Part shown: piece after piece, positions 50,587 through 60,307 of the stretch
Numbering within the stretch: the stretch's first letter is position 1
Layout of the letters: each line of letters begins with the position of its first letter
From: Thermoplasmata archaeon
Lineage (GTDB): Archaea; Thermoplasmatota; E2; JACPAO01; JAHFTW01
NCBI GenBank assembly: GCA_023269235.1
Contig: JAHFTW010000001.1
Location: forward strand, 43,548-107,547
Direction of reading: 5' to 3'
Length of the DNA: 64,000 nucleotides
Notes under the pieces: model-generated
What the model was told of the DNA's origin: nothing
What the model saw: the letters and a program-made list of their open reading frames with translations, nothing else
Database searches by the model: none
Position numbers and translations under genes: made by a program

Positions 50587-52488
50587 TCAGTTTAGGAAGA
50601 GGGCGAAGCAGATGTAGCTCAGCGCCACCATGACGAAGGCGTGGCGGAGGCCAAGGATGGCCTTGCCCGACCCCATCTGCCCCGCTACGATGCCGTCGCC
50701 CAGCCCCTGCAGGACGGCGGCGAGCAGGTAGAACAGCTGGTAGTCCTGGAGGCTCAGCGTCTGGCCCTTGAGCGCCCCGAACGAGGCCAGCTGGGTCTGG
50801 TTCGCGGCGGCCTGGCTCGCGGCGACAAGCTGTGGCACGAACTGCGCGTACATGATCGAGGCCACGCCGAGGAACACGAGGAAGGTCACGTAGATGACGA
50901 CGGTGTAGAGGCTCATTGAGAGGCGGCGCTCGGTCTCGAGCGTCTTGATCTCGCGCGCGTCGCGGGCGGCCGCGATGAGCACCTCGGTCGTGGAGCCGCC
51001 GGAGCGGTCCGCCTGCAAGATGAGCGTCACCGCGCGCTGGACGAGCGGCGTGCGCACCCGCTCCGCGAAGCGCTGCAGGACCTCCTGGAAGCCGACGTTC
51101 CAGGTCACCTGGTCCGCCATGCGCCGCACCTCGGGCGTGAGCGGCCCGTAGTCGCCGCGCGCCGCCACCGCGATGGCGCTCGCGAGCGTGAGGCCGCCTT
51201 TGTGGCTCGAGGCGATGTCGCGCAGGAAATCCGGGAAGCGCTCCTCAAGCTGCCGGATGCGCTTCTGCTCGCGCGCCGCGTAGAAGCCGTACGGCCCCAG
51301 GGCGACCAGCAGGCCGAGGCAGAAGAAGTGGATCCAGGCGTTGGGTGGCATCCCGAGGAGGCTGTTGCCCGAGAACAGGATGAACGCGGGGACCATCAGA
51401 AGCACCGCGCCGACGGCCGAGCCGCCGAGGAGGAACGCTTCGCGCAGCTTCTTCGCGTCCGTCTTGACCTGGAAGAGCGGCGGCTCCAGCGGCTCCGAGC
51501 GGGCAAGGCGGAAGGCGGCGGCCAGGCTCAGGCCCATCGCCAGGAGAAGGAACCCGAAGACGCCCAGGATGACTGGGTCCTTCGCGACGTCGGCGAAGAC
51601 GCCCACCACCCCAAGGCCGAGGAGGATGAAGAGCAAGAACACCAGCATCAGCAGCGCGAAGGCCGCCAGGATGGGCAGGAAGATGGCGCGGTTTCGGTTG
51701 ATGGCCGGGCCGCCCGCCATGCCGCGGTCGCTGCCGAGGATGGCGCCGATGCTGGGCAGGCTGCGGCTGCGGATGAGCGCAAAGGAGGCCGCCGCACCCG
51801 CGCCGAGGGCGAGGAGCGGGACGTCGGCGTCCTGCGCCCCGCCGCGAAGGCTGAGCCACCCGACGAGGAGCGCGAGGACCGCCACCAGGCTGAGCCCGAG
51901 GAACGTGAGCAACGTGCGCGCCTCGCTGCCCGGGCGCGGAGGGCCTTGGAGCGTGGTCCAGTGCGCGTAGCCGCCGACGCCGAGCAGGATCGCGAGCATC
52001 GCGAGCGCGCCCTTGCCAAGGATCTCGTACGCGAACGGCAGGTGCAGGACCCCGTACCGGGCCGGGAGCGCGAAGCCAAGGACGACGACGGAGAGGATGA
52101 GGAGGACATGCAGCATCAGCGTGGAGATGCGCAACCGCTGGGCGACCTCGAGCTGCCGTGTCCGTTCGCCGGCGTCTTTCGCGCCGTAACGGCGCAACCG
52201 GTCGACGGGGTGTCCCAGGACGGAGCCGACCGCCACCAGGAGGAGACCGGCCGCGAGCAGCAGGCCCATCACCTGGGGCCAGGCGCCTCCGACGGGGACG
52301 GTGAGGCCCGCCGCGCCGACGATGGAGAGGGCGGTGCCGAGGGCTCCGCAAATGAGGGTGGCCAGCTCCAGGCCGGGGTGGGGCTGGGTGGGAGCGGTGG
52401 GAGGGGACACCTCGAGGTCGGGACGGCTCTCAAAGGCTGGCAGGCGCAGGAGCTTCCCGGCGGGGCCGTCGTCGCGTGGGTCCGCCAT
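50587..52488 (-). CDS. TadC/FlaJ-like polytopic membrane protein (T2SS-F domain) of a type IV pilus-like system, with extended N-terminal membrane region
   Basis: T2SSF-like segment FPDFLRDIASSHKGGLTLASAIAVAA. Multiple TM helices. Adjacent to the TadB-like protein and the ATPase. Confidence 0.7.
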   Translation of the reverse strand: MADPRDDGPAGKLLRLPAFESRPDLEVSPPTAPTQPHPGLELATLICGALGTALSIVGAAGLTVPVGGAWPQVMGLLLAAGLLLVAVGSVLGHPVDRLRRYGAKDAGERTRQLEVAQRLRISTLMLHVLLILSVVVLGFALPARYGVLHLPFAYEILGKGALAMLAILLGVGGYAHWTTLQGPPRPGSEARTLLTFLGLSLVAVLALLVGWLSLRGGAQDADVPLLALGAGAAASFALIRSRSLPSIGAILGSDRGMAGGPAINRNRAIFLPILAAFALLMLVFLLFILLGLGVVGVFADVAKDPVILGVFGFLLLAMGLSLAAAFRLARSEPLEPPLFQVKTDAKKLREAFLLGGSAVGAVLLMVPAFILFSGNSLLGMPPNAWIHFFCLGLLVALGPYGFYAAREQKRIRQLEERFPDFLRDIASSHKGGLTLASAIAVAARGDYGPLTPEVRRMADQVTWNVGFQEVLQRFAERVRTPLVQRAVTLILQADRSGGSTTEVLIAAARDAREIKTLETERRLSMSLYTVVIYVTFLVFLGVASIMYAQFVPQLVAASQAAANQTQLASFGALKGQTLSLQDYQLFYLLAAVLQGLGDGIVAGQMGSGKAILGLRHAFVMVALSYICFALFLN

Positions 52489-52489
52489 G

Positions 52490-53374
52490 CTAGGCCTCCG
52501 GGGTCATGACCTTGATCGTCCACGCGAAGCCCGCCTGGGCCATCGGGATGAGGACGAAAATCAGGAGGTAGCCGATGAGCAGGTTGTCGCCCCCGGAGCC
52601 GCCAAACGTGGTCATGACGGAGAGGATGACGATGAGGAAGAGCGGCGCGGCGACGACGACGGTGACGAACGCCTCGGCGAGCACGCCCAGCCCTTCGAGG
52701 AACTTGCGCTGTTCCTGGCGGTTGTCAAGGAGGTATTGGTCGGCCTTGTCGGAGAAGTACGTCTTGAGGTCGCCGCCCGAGGTGAGCGCCGTCACGGCGC
52801 CCTGCAGGAAGTCCTGGAACTTCGTGCTGGGGCTGCGGTCAATGGCGCGCGCCAGGGCGCCCATGATGTCCTGGCCCAGGACCCGCAGGTCGCGCACGAT
52901 CCAGGCGCATTCTTGCGCGACCTCGCCATAGAGCGGCTGCGCGGCGAGGCCGGCGAAGAGCTGCTCCGGCGTCGCTCCCGCGGAGGCCATGGTCGAGATG
53001 TAGTTCAGCGCGTACGGCAGCTTGGCGTTGAGGCCCCGGCTGCGGTTGAGGGTGCGCAAGTCGGGAAGGATGATGGCGGAGAGGTACACCATGATGGCGA
53101 GCACCACCGGTGCTGGCACGAGGAAGATGAACAGGCCCGCCGGGATGCTCGCGAGGCCGGTGAGGCTGGCGAGGATTAGGACGAGGACGGGGATGAGAGC
53201 AAGCAGCCCCGCCAGAGCCGCCGTGAGGTAGGCCGAGGCGAGGTACACCTCGGGCCGCAGCAGGATGTGGGCGCGCTCGAGCGCGAGGCGCAGGTGGGCG
53301 TTCTGGCTCGCCGCGCGTGTGGCGAGCGGCCCGAACCAGCGGTACCCGAGGCGCTCGAGGCTGCGCAGCGCCAT
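52490..53374 (-). CDS. TadB-like membrane protein (T2SS-F domain)
   Basis: Soluble helical segment between TM hairpins (LPYALNYISTMASAGATPEQLF). Start chosen at MALRSLERLGY, 1 nt after the ATPase stop. The longer ORF (to 53449) would overlap the ATPase by 74 nt. Confidence 0.6.
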   Translation of the reverse strand: MALRSLERLGYRWFGPLATRAASQNAHLRLALERAHILLRPEVYLASAYLTAALAGLLALIPVLVLILASLTGLASIPAGLFIFLVPAPVVLAIMVYLSAIILPDLRTLNRSRGLNAKLPYALNYISTMASAGATPEQLFAGLAAQPLYGEVAQECAWIVRDLRVLGQDIMGALARAIDRSPSTKFQDFLQGAVTALTSGGDLKTYFSDKADQYLLDNRQEQRKFLEGLGVLAEAFVTVVVAAPLFLIVILSVMTTFGGSGGDNLLIGYLLIFVLIPMAQAGFAWTIKVMTPEA

Positions 53375-53375
53375 G

Positions 53376-55370
53376 TCATTCCCTCGCGATGCGGGCCATG
53401 AACCCCTTCGGGTCGCGGTAGTAGGAGGTGACGTTGCGCGCCACGTCACTGTAATGGCGCACGCCCTTGGCCATCATCCATTCGAGCGCCTTGGTGCGGT
53501 TGGCCCACTCGGCTTGCAGGGTCGCTTCGGAGAGGTTGCGCCGCTCCGCGATCTGCTCGAGGAGGTAGGAGCGCCCGAGGAACGCATGCTTCCCGGTCTT
53601 GACGTCCCACTCGAAGACGGTGTTCGTCAGGAGCTCCCGGGTGTCGGGGTCGAAGCCGACGATCTCGGTGACGTTGAGGATGCGGCGCGCCAGCTTGTCG
53701 TCCACGCGGACCTGGGCCTGGATGGCCATCAGGCTGAGCGTCTGGAGCATGATGCGCGGGATGTTGATGGGTGCGTTCTCGAGGCGGTACACGGCGCTCT
53801 GGACCGAGTCGGCGTGCATCGTCGAGTACACGGCGTGTCCGGTCGCCATCGCCTGGAACAAGGTGAGGGCCTCAGGGCCGCGCACCTCGCCCACGATAAG
53901 GTACTCCGGGCGCTGGCGCAGCGCCGCCTCCAGGAGCTTGTACATGTCGATGGTCCCGGCGGGCTTGCCGGACGCGGTCTCGGCGCCGAAGCCGCTGCGG
54001 GTGAGGCCGGCGATCCAGTTCTCGTGGCTCAAGTTGATCTCGCGCGTGTCCTCGATGCTGACGATCTTCTTCTCGGGCGGGATGAACTGGCTCACGGCGT
54101 TGAGCGTCGTGGTCTTCCCCGAGGCCGTGCCGCCCGCGAGGAGGAACGAGGCGCCCATCTCCATGACGAACCAGAAGTAGGCGGCCATCTGCGGGCTGAT
54201 GGTGCCGTACCGAATCAAGTCGGGGGGCGTCAGCGGGTCGGCGCGGAACTTGCGGATGGTGAAGCTGCTGCCGCGCGTCGTGACCTCGCGGCTCAAGGTG
54301 GCCTGCAGGCGCGAGCCGTCCGGCAGGGTCGCGTCGAGCAACGGGTCGGCAACGCTGATGTGCTTGCCGCTGCGCTGGGCCAGGCGGACGACGAAGGCGT
54401 CCAGGTCGGCGTCGGAAGGGAAGACGACGGTCGTCCGGAGCGACTCGTACTTGCGGTGGAACAGGTAGATCGGGATGGTCGGGCCGTCGCACGAGATGTC
54501 CTCGATCATGCCATCGCGCAGGAGGACGTCCACGGGACCGAAGCCGAGGAAGTCGCGCACGAGATGGTACTCGACGCGCTGCAGGCCGACGGGGTCGAGG
54601 CGGATGGCGTGGTCGAGGACCGCCTGGCGCGCCGCCGTGAGCAGCACGTCGGACCAGTCGGCGCCGCTGCGCTGCTGGATGGCCTTGCGGCCGTCCAGGG
54701 TCCGGATGAGCGTCTCGCGCAGGAACTCCAGGACCGCCGTCTCGTCATTGCCCAACGTCGGCTCGATGACCTGGTAGAGATAGCTGCGGTCCGTTTCGTT
54801 GAGGAGGATGCGCACCCAGGCGCGGTCGGGGACGACGGGGGTCAGCTCGACTTCGCGGTGGCCCGTCGGGACGGGCGGAATGGAGGTGACCGGTCCGCCC
54901 TTCGCAGGCGCCTTCGCGACCGGCATGGGGGGAAGCGGGCTGAGCAACGAGGCCGGTTTGGGCACCGGTCGGGGCGGCGGAACGGGAACGCCGGCCGACG
55001 GCGGAGGCGGGGGTTGAACGAGAGGGGATGGAGGACGGGATGACGCGGCGCGAGGCCGGACGCCGGTCGTCGCGGCCGCCGCGGGCAAGGTGCCGTGGGC
55101 AAGGGCGGTCGCGAGGTGCGTGTCCGTGAACTCGAGCAGCTCCTCGACAGGTGGCGTTGACTGGGGGGGCGGCGGAGGAATTGCGTTGAGTCCAGGCGCG
55201 CGCGGGGTCGGCCGGCGCTCGGCCATGCCGGTGGGGACCTGGGCGGGGGCGGACCGCGGCCCCGCAAAGGGCGTGGGCGACGCGCGCGCGGGGGGCGACG
55301 GCTTCGCTTTCTTGGCGGGCGCCTTGGACGATTTTGCCGCGGTCTTGGCCCGGGGTGGTGAGGGGGTCAT
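53376..55370 (-). CDS. FlaI/TadA/CpaF-family secretion ATPase with ~200-aa Pro/Ala-rich low-complexity N-terminal extension
   Basis: Walker A LAGGTASGKTT, Asp and His boxes (ATGHAVYSTMHAD). N-terminus rich in P/A/K (PPPPQSTPP, PPPPPSAGVPVPPPRPVPKP). Confidence 0.9.
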   Translation of the reverse strand: MTPSPPRAKTAAKSSKAPAKKAKPSPPARASPTPFAGPRSAPAQVPTGMAERRPTPRAPGLNAIPPPPPQSTPPVEELLEFTDTHLATALAHGTLPAAAATTGVRPRAASSRPPSPLVQPPPPPSAGVPVPPPRPVPKPASLLSPLPPMPVAKAPAKGGPVTSIPPVPTGHREVELTPVVPDRAWVRILLNETDRSYLYQVIEPTLGNDETAVLEFLRETLIRTLDGRKAIQQRSGADWSDVLLTAARQAVLDHAIRLDPVGLQRVEYHLVRDFLGFGPVDVLLRDGMIEDISCDGPTIPIYLFHRKYESLRTTVVFPSDADLDAFVVRLAQRSGKHISVADPLLDATLPDGSRLQATLSREVTTRGSSFTIRKFRADPLTPPDLIRYGTISPQMAAYFWFVMEMGASFLLAGGTASGKTTTLNAVSQFIPPEKKIVSIEDTREINLSHENWIAGLTRSGFGAETASGKPAGTIDMYKLLEAALRQRPEYLIVGEVRGPEALTLFQAMATGHAVYSTMHADSVQSAVYRLENAPINIPRIMLQTLSLMAIQAQVRVDDKLARRILNVTEIVGFDPDTRELLTNTVFEWDVKTGKHAFLGRSYLLEQIAERRNLSEATLQAEWANRTKALEWMMAKGVRHYSDVARNVTSYYRDPKGFMARIARE

Positions 55371-55453
55371 GGAGGTCCAGTCCTTCAGGGTGAGACGGTC
55401 GTGTGGCAGGGATTGTCTTGAGGCGCTTAACCGTTTCCGGAGGAGCCGGAGCC

Positions 55454-56497
55454 TCAGCTGAACGTGAAGAGGACCACGAGGTCCTGGAAGTCGGCCGCCG
55501 ACGAGTTGAGGTCGTCCGTGAACTCGTAGAGGAGGATGACCTGGTTCCGGTCGAGCACCATGGTCTGCGTGTAGGTGTTCACGTACGGCTGCATGAACGA
55601 GGCCAGGAGCGCCTGGTTGCCGAAGGCGGGCCGGTTGGGGGCGGCATCGCCTTGCTTCAGGGTCAAGACATGAGGCGTGGACGCGATCGAGGTGTAGGTC
55701 TTATCGAACGAGCAGCTGGCGAGCCTGGCCCGTCCTTCGACGCCGAGGACGGAGCCGGCGGGCACTTGGCCCAAGTTGAGGCTCTGGCCACCGTTCGGGT
55801 TCACGGGAGCGCCGCCAAAAAGGGAAGCGTAGCTGGACCCGCCGTTTTGGGTGTAGCGCGCCGTCACGTCCATTTGCGGCCCGGACGCGCCGCAGGTGAT
55901 CTGGGCACCCACGATGGCCAGGTTCACGTTCCAGGTGCCGCCGGACACCGTGATGCCGCCCGAACCGGCGCCGATGAGGAAGGCCGGCGACTGCGAACGC
56001 AAGGCCTCGACCTGGAAAACGTACTCGCGGTTGGAGTACACGGTCACCTGGGCCTCGCGCCCGGCAGCGGAGTAGCAGCCGGCAACGGGGCCGATGATGC
56101 AGAGCCGGGTCCCCACCGTCCAGGCGGGGCCGCCAATCTGGGCCGAGAAGGTGGAGAGGGGCACCGCGGTCTGGACGCCATCCAGCGTGATGAACAACGT
56201 CGAGCCCGCGACGGGGATGTCGTCCGGCCCGCTTGGCTCCAGGTAGTAGCCTTCGCCCGTGAAGGTGGCCTTTCCGCCGGACTCCACGGGGTCGTGCGGT
56301 TGCGTGCGCAGCACCTGCGTCATGACGACGAAAAGCGCCGCGAGGACCACGACGATGCCGATCAGCAGGATGCCGCCAATGGGCCCTGTGGCTGCGCCCC
56401 GGTCGGTGGCGAAGCGTCGGCGGGGGGCGCGGGGGGCAGCCTCCATGACCCTACTGTGCTGAGGGGGCTGCCTTTCGGGCTTTCGGGAAAGGTTCAT
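55454..56497 (-). CDS. Archaeal type IV pilin-like protein (class III signal peptide), 347 aa
   Basis: DRG|AATGPIGGILLIGIVVVLAALFVV fits the archaeal prepilin [KR][GA]-hydrophobic pattern and Pilin_N. An alternative ATG at 56446 gives a shorter leader. Confidence 0.65.
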   Translation of the reverse strand: MNLSRKPERQPPQHSRVMEAAPRAPRRRFATDRGAATGPIGGILLIGIVVVLAALFVVMTQVLRTQPHDPVESGGKATFTGEGYYLEPSGPDDIPVAGSTLFITLDGVQTAVPLSTFSAQIGGPAWTVGTRLCIIGPVAGCYSAAGREAQVTVYSNREYVFQVEALRSQSPAFLIGAGSGGITVSGGTWNVNLAIVGAQITCGASGPQMDVTARYTQNGGSSYASLFGGAPVNPNGGQSLNLGQVPAGSVLGVEGRARLASCSFDKTYTSIASTPHVLTLKQGDAAPNRPAFGNQALLASFMQPYVNTYTQTMVLDRNQVILLYEFTDDLNSSAADFQDLVVLFTFS

Positions 56498-56513
56498 CCG
56501 TCTCGCCTCGGGC

Positions 56514-58034
56514 CTATCCTGCCGGCTGCAAGGCGATGCCCACCGTGCCCTTGCGCAGGGTCACGAGGACATCCTTCGTGGCGTCGGTGGGGGACGAGCA
56601 GGGCCCGAAGAAGTTCAGGGTCGCCGAGCCCGGCGTGCTGCCCACGACCGGCGTGGTGCTGATCGTGTACTTCGCGGCGGAGGTCGTCGTGTCGAGGCAG
56701 GGAGCAAGCGACGGGGCGGCGGCGGACGAGAGGCCGGCGAGCTTCATCCGCTCGTCCCAGAACGCGGCCCACGCGGCCGGGTGGTTGGTCGTCAGCGTGA
56801 AGGTGATGTCCTGCGCGGTGGCCTGGAGGGCGGTGCCGGCGCCCGAGGGCGAGGCGACGATGGTGGCGGCGCGCGCGCCGGTCACGGCCGCGGAGCCGCC
56901 CGAGAGGGCCGGGAAGCTCCACGCGATGCCGGCCTGGCTCTGCGTGGTGCCCACGGAGAAGCTGGGCGGCGACACCATCGCGTCGCCGTCGGTCTGCGTC
57001 AGGAAGACGGCGCCGTACTCGAATCCGTACGTCTGCACGGGCAGGCGCTGGTTGTTGACGAGCACGCTCAGAACGCCGGTCGGGGTGAAGTCGTTGAAGC
57101 TGGTGTAGCTGAGGCCGAGGCCGCCCTTGCGCACCGTGCCGTAGGCGGTGCCTTGGTCGTACACGAAGGCGACCTGGCCGGCGGTGTTGCCCTGTGCGTA
57201 CTGCGCCTTGAGCGGGAACGCCGAGGCGGGGACCGCCGCCAGGACGGCGCCGAACTCCCCTTCCGTCAGGGGATCAAAATAGAAGTAGGCGGGCAAGAAG
57301 GCCGGCACGGTGGGCACGATGGCTTGGCTCCGCGTGCGGTAGGGAGTCGCCGAGCAGGTGGCGGCGGCCGGGTTCTGCGCGGCGTAAAGCTGCGCCTCGA
57401 TCATTTTGTTCGCGCCCGTCACGCCGCCCGTCACGCCGGCGAAGACGACCTTGACCTCGCCCTGGCAGTTGTTGCTGCCGTCGGTCAGCGTGAAGTCGAG
57501 CGTCTGGGTCCCGGAGGGGAGCGAATCCGGGTTGGGGACACGCATGCGCAAGTGCGCGACGCCGAGGATCCCGGTGACCTGCGAGCCGTCCCAGGTCCAG
57601 TCCTCGTTGAGGCTGTAGAGTGGGCTGCCCCCGGCCTGCTGCAGCGCGATGGGGCGGGCGGTGGTCATCGTGAGGCCTGCGTTGGACGAGGAAGGCGTGT
57701 AGGTGACCGACCCCGGCAGGAGCTGCGAGCCGAAGAAGCTGAAGCCCTGCGCCCGGGTCAGGCTGATGGACTCCGAGAGGGCGACGGTGGTCTGGTTGTT
57801 GGCGATGCGATCCAGGTCGGATTTGAGCTGGCCCACGACGCTGCCGGTCTCGATGCCGGTGTCGCGTTCGCGCTGCTTGTCCCAGATGGGGACGAACTTG
57901 ACCTGGATGACCGTGAGGGTCACGAGCAGCAGGCCGAACATCAAGATGGCCCCGAGGACGGTCGAGACGGCGTGGTCATCGCTGCGTGGGCGCGGCATGG
58001 GCCGGAAGCCTGGGAAGCGGGGGCGGGCCGTCAT
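56514..58034 (-). CDS. Large archaeal pilin-like/adhesin-like protein with Pilin_N-type N-terminus, 506 aa
   Basis: ...SDDHAVSTVLGAILMFGLLLVTLTVI is homologous to the N-terminal helix of the next gene. The rest is beta-rich and T/S/G-rich. Start overlaps the upstream stop (ATGA). Confidence 0.6.
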   Translation of the reverse strand: MTARPRFPGFRPMPRPRSDDHAVSTVLGAILMFGLLLVTLTVIQVKFVPIWDKQRERDTGIETGSVVGQLKSDLDRIANNQTTVALSESISLTRAQGFSFFGSQLLPGSVTYTPSSSNAGLTMTTARPIALQQAGGSPLYSLNEDWTWDGSQVTGILGVAHLRMRVPNPDSLPSGTQTLDFTLTDGSNNCQGEVKVVFAGVTGGVTGANKMIEAQLYAAQNPAAATCSATPYRTRSQAIVPTVPAFLPAYFYFDPLTEGEFGAVLAAVPASAFPLKAQYAQGNTAGQVAFVYDQGTAYGTVRKGGLGLSYTSFNDFTPTGVLSVLVNNQRLPVQTYGFEYGAVFLTQTDGDAMVSPPSFSVGTTQSQAGIAWSFPALSGGSAAVTGARAATIVASPSGAGTALQATAQDITFTLTTNHPAAWAAFWDERMKLAGLSSAAAPSLAPCLDTTTSAAKYTISTTPVVGSTPGSATLNFFGPCSSPTDATKDVLVTLRKGTVGIALQPAG

Positions 58035-60307
58035 GTAGTGCTGATCCTCGCGTAGTCGAGAAGGACGGTGGTGGTCACGGTGCTCGCCGGGTTGACGTCA
58101 CGGATGCGCACCTTGGGCGCCCCGTTGTTGTACTCTGTGGGCAGCAACGTGAGCTGGCAAGTGTAGGCGACGGCGGTGACGGAGACCGAGTTGAGCTGGC
58201 TGGGGCAGACCCGCCAGGCCCCCGTGCTGGGGTTGAACACGCCGACGATGAACACGTCGTTGGCGACAATCGGGGAGATGTGGTAGCCCAGGTCCAAGGT
58301 CTGCGCCCCGGTCGTCGGGCTGGAGTTCGGCACGTTGGCGAACGTGAGGACCTGGTTCATGCCGCGGCCCGCGCCGCCGGTCACGGCGTAGGAGACCTTG
58401 ACGAAGAGCTGGTCCACGTTGGCGTTGGCGCTTGGGCGGGCGGTGAGCGTGAAGTGAATGGCGAGAGCCTGGATGTCGGCCGTCGTCCACGAGCGGTCCG
58501 CGGTGACGTCCAGCGTCGTCACGTCGTCCACGGTGTTTGAGCTCAGGGTCGCCCCGGTCAGGGTCGTTGGACCGGTCGCGCCCCCCACGGCGTAGTCCAT
58601 CGTGATGGTCGGGGAGGTCCCGGTGCTGGACTTGCGGGCTTCGAAGCCGATGAGGACCTGCGTGATGCCGCCGGCGCCGGCAGGGGGCGTCGTCCAGATT
58701 CCGTCGACGTAGAGGTTGGCGTTGACGCTGCTCAGGGTGGCGAACTGGTCGTCGCTCAACAAGGCGCACGCCTGGTTCACGTACGTCGGGCAGCTCGTCT
58801 CGGAGACCGAGTTGCTTCCCGTGTTGGACGTGCCGGGCTGGATGGCGAAGGTGACGGGCACTTCCGTCATGCTCGCTTCCGTGCCGCCCGCCGCCGTGGC
58901 GCCCACCGCGTTGGTGATGGTTCCTGCCGTAGCCACGATGCCGCCCGTCGTGATGTAGGTGGGCGAGACGATGTCCACTAGGTCGGACTGGGCGGCGCTC
59001 GGCCCGGTGTTCCCGGCGGCGTCCTTGAGGTTGAGGAACTGGTACTGCAAGGTGCGTCCGGCCTGCAGGTACCACGTCTGGCTAGGAACGACCCCCGTCC
59101 ATTGGTGGTTGGCGGGAGCGCCGACGCGGCTCAAGGCGCCACCAGCGACATACGCGGGGTTGGTGCCGTCATTGAGACGGTAGGCCAGCGTCGGCGTCGC
59201 CGTCGTGTCGTCCACGCCCCAGCAGTTGTCCACGATCGTTCCCGTCACGGTGACGGTGCCGGCCGGCGTGGTGCTCACCAGGTTGGCCGGGCTCGCCGCT
59301 TGCCACGTGACACTCGGCGGCGTCGTGTCGCCGGTGCAGTCCGCGTCAATGACGTCGCTCTGCGTCGAACTGGTCCCGGCGTTGGCGCGCAGGTCCTTGT
59401 AGGACGCAATGTAGTACTCGAGGACCTTGCCGGACTGGGCGGACCAGGTCTGGCTCGGGACGGTGCCGGTCCAGACGGAGAGACCTTGGGTCGTCATCGC
59501 GCCGGCGTCCGCGTACGCCGGAGCCGAGAGGCCACGCAGGCGCCAGAAGAGGTGCGGCGGGAACGCGGTGTCCACGCCCGCGCAGTTGTCCAGCAGCGTG
59601 ACAGAGACCGTGATGGCGCCCGAGGAGAGGCTCGTGACATCGGAGGGGCTTTGCACCCACGGGCCGGCACTGGGCGCGGTCGTGTCGAAGGGGCAGGCCG
59701 CGCCCGAGGAGACTTGGCCGGGCACCAGCGTGGCGGTGGCGAGGAGCTGGCTGCCGGCGGAGCCGCCGGTCTGGCGGGAGACCACGTTGAGCAGCACGTT
59801 GTCGGTGGACTGCAGGGTGAGCGTAAGCGTCCACGTCTGCCCGATGGAGAGACGGCCGTTCGGGAAGCCGAGCGCGGTCCCCGTGATGCTCACCGGGGCG
59901 CCGATGTTGATCTTGTACAGGATGGTCGTCTGCGACGCCTCGATGGCCTCGCCGCCGACGTTGCGGACGATGAGCTGCTCGTCGCCGTTGCCCCAGGCGG
60001 CGTTGCCGGGGCTCACGGAGATGGCCAGGTTCGCCTGCGGGAAATCCACGGGGCCCTTGAACGAGAAGACCAGGGCGCCCATGACCGTCGCGAGCGTGAC
60101 GGTGATGGCCACCAGGAGGATGGAGCCGACGACGTCGGAGACCGCACCGCGGTCGCCCCGAAGATGAAGCCGGGAAGGCGAAGAACGGCGGGACATCATG
60201 GTCATGGGCAGGCTCCTGCCGACCGCCCCGTCCGTGGGCCCTCGAGGGTCTTGAACCCGTCGGCAGAAGGCAGAAGACCCCTTCGCGCGGCGGGCCGCAT
60301 GGTTCAC
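58031..60307 (-). CDS. Large archaeal pilin-like/adhesin-like protein with class III signal peptide, 758 aa
   Basis: RGDRG|AVSDVVGSILLVAITVTLATV prepilin-like N-terminus, followed by a long Thr/Ser/Gly-rich beta domain. Start overlaps the receiver stop. An alternative start at 60205 (MTMM) is possible. Confidence 0.6.
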   Translation of the reverse strand: MNHAARRAKGSSAFCRRVQDPRGPTDGAVGRSLPMTMMSRRSSPSRLHLRGDRGAVSDVVGSILLVAITVTLATVMGALVFSFKGPVDFPQANLAISVSPGNAAWGNGDEQLIVRNVGGEAIEASQTTILYKINIGAPVSITGTALGFPNGRLSIGQTWTLTLTLQSTDNVLLNVVSRQTGGSAGSQLLATATLVPGQVSSGAACPFDTTAPSAGPWVQSPSDVTSLSSGAITVSVTLLDNCAGVDTAFPPHLFWRLRGLSAPAYADAGAMTTQGLSVWTGTVPSQTWSAQSGKVLEYYIASYKDLRANAGTSSTQSDVIDADCTGDTTPPSVTWQAASPANLVSTTPAGTVTVTGTIVDNCWGVDDTTATPTLAYRLNDGTNPAYVAGGALSRVGAPANHQWTGVVPSQTWYLQAGRTLQYQFLNLKDAAGNTGPSAAQSDLVDIVSPTYITTGGIVATAGTITNAVGATAAGGTEASMTEVPVTFAIQPGTSNTGSNSVSETSCPTYVNQACALLSDDQFATLSSVNANLYVDGIWTTPPAGAGGITQVLIGFEARKSSTGTSPTITMDYAVGGATGPTTLTGATLSSNTVDDVTTLDVTADRSWTTADIQALAIHFTLTARPSANANVDQLFVKVSYAVTGGAGRGMNQVLTFANVPNSSPTTGAQTLDLGYHISPIVANDVFIVGVFNPSTGAWRVCPSQLNSVSVTAVAYTCQLTLLPTEYNNGAPKVRIRDVNPASTVTTTVLLDYARISTT

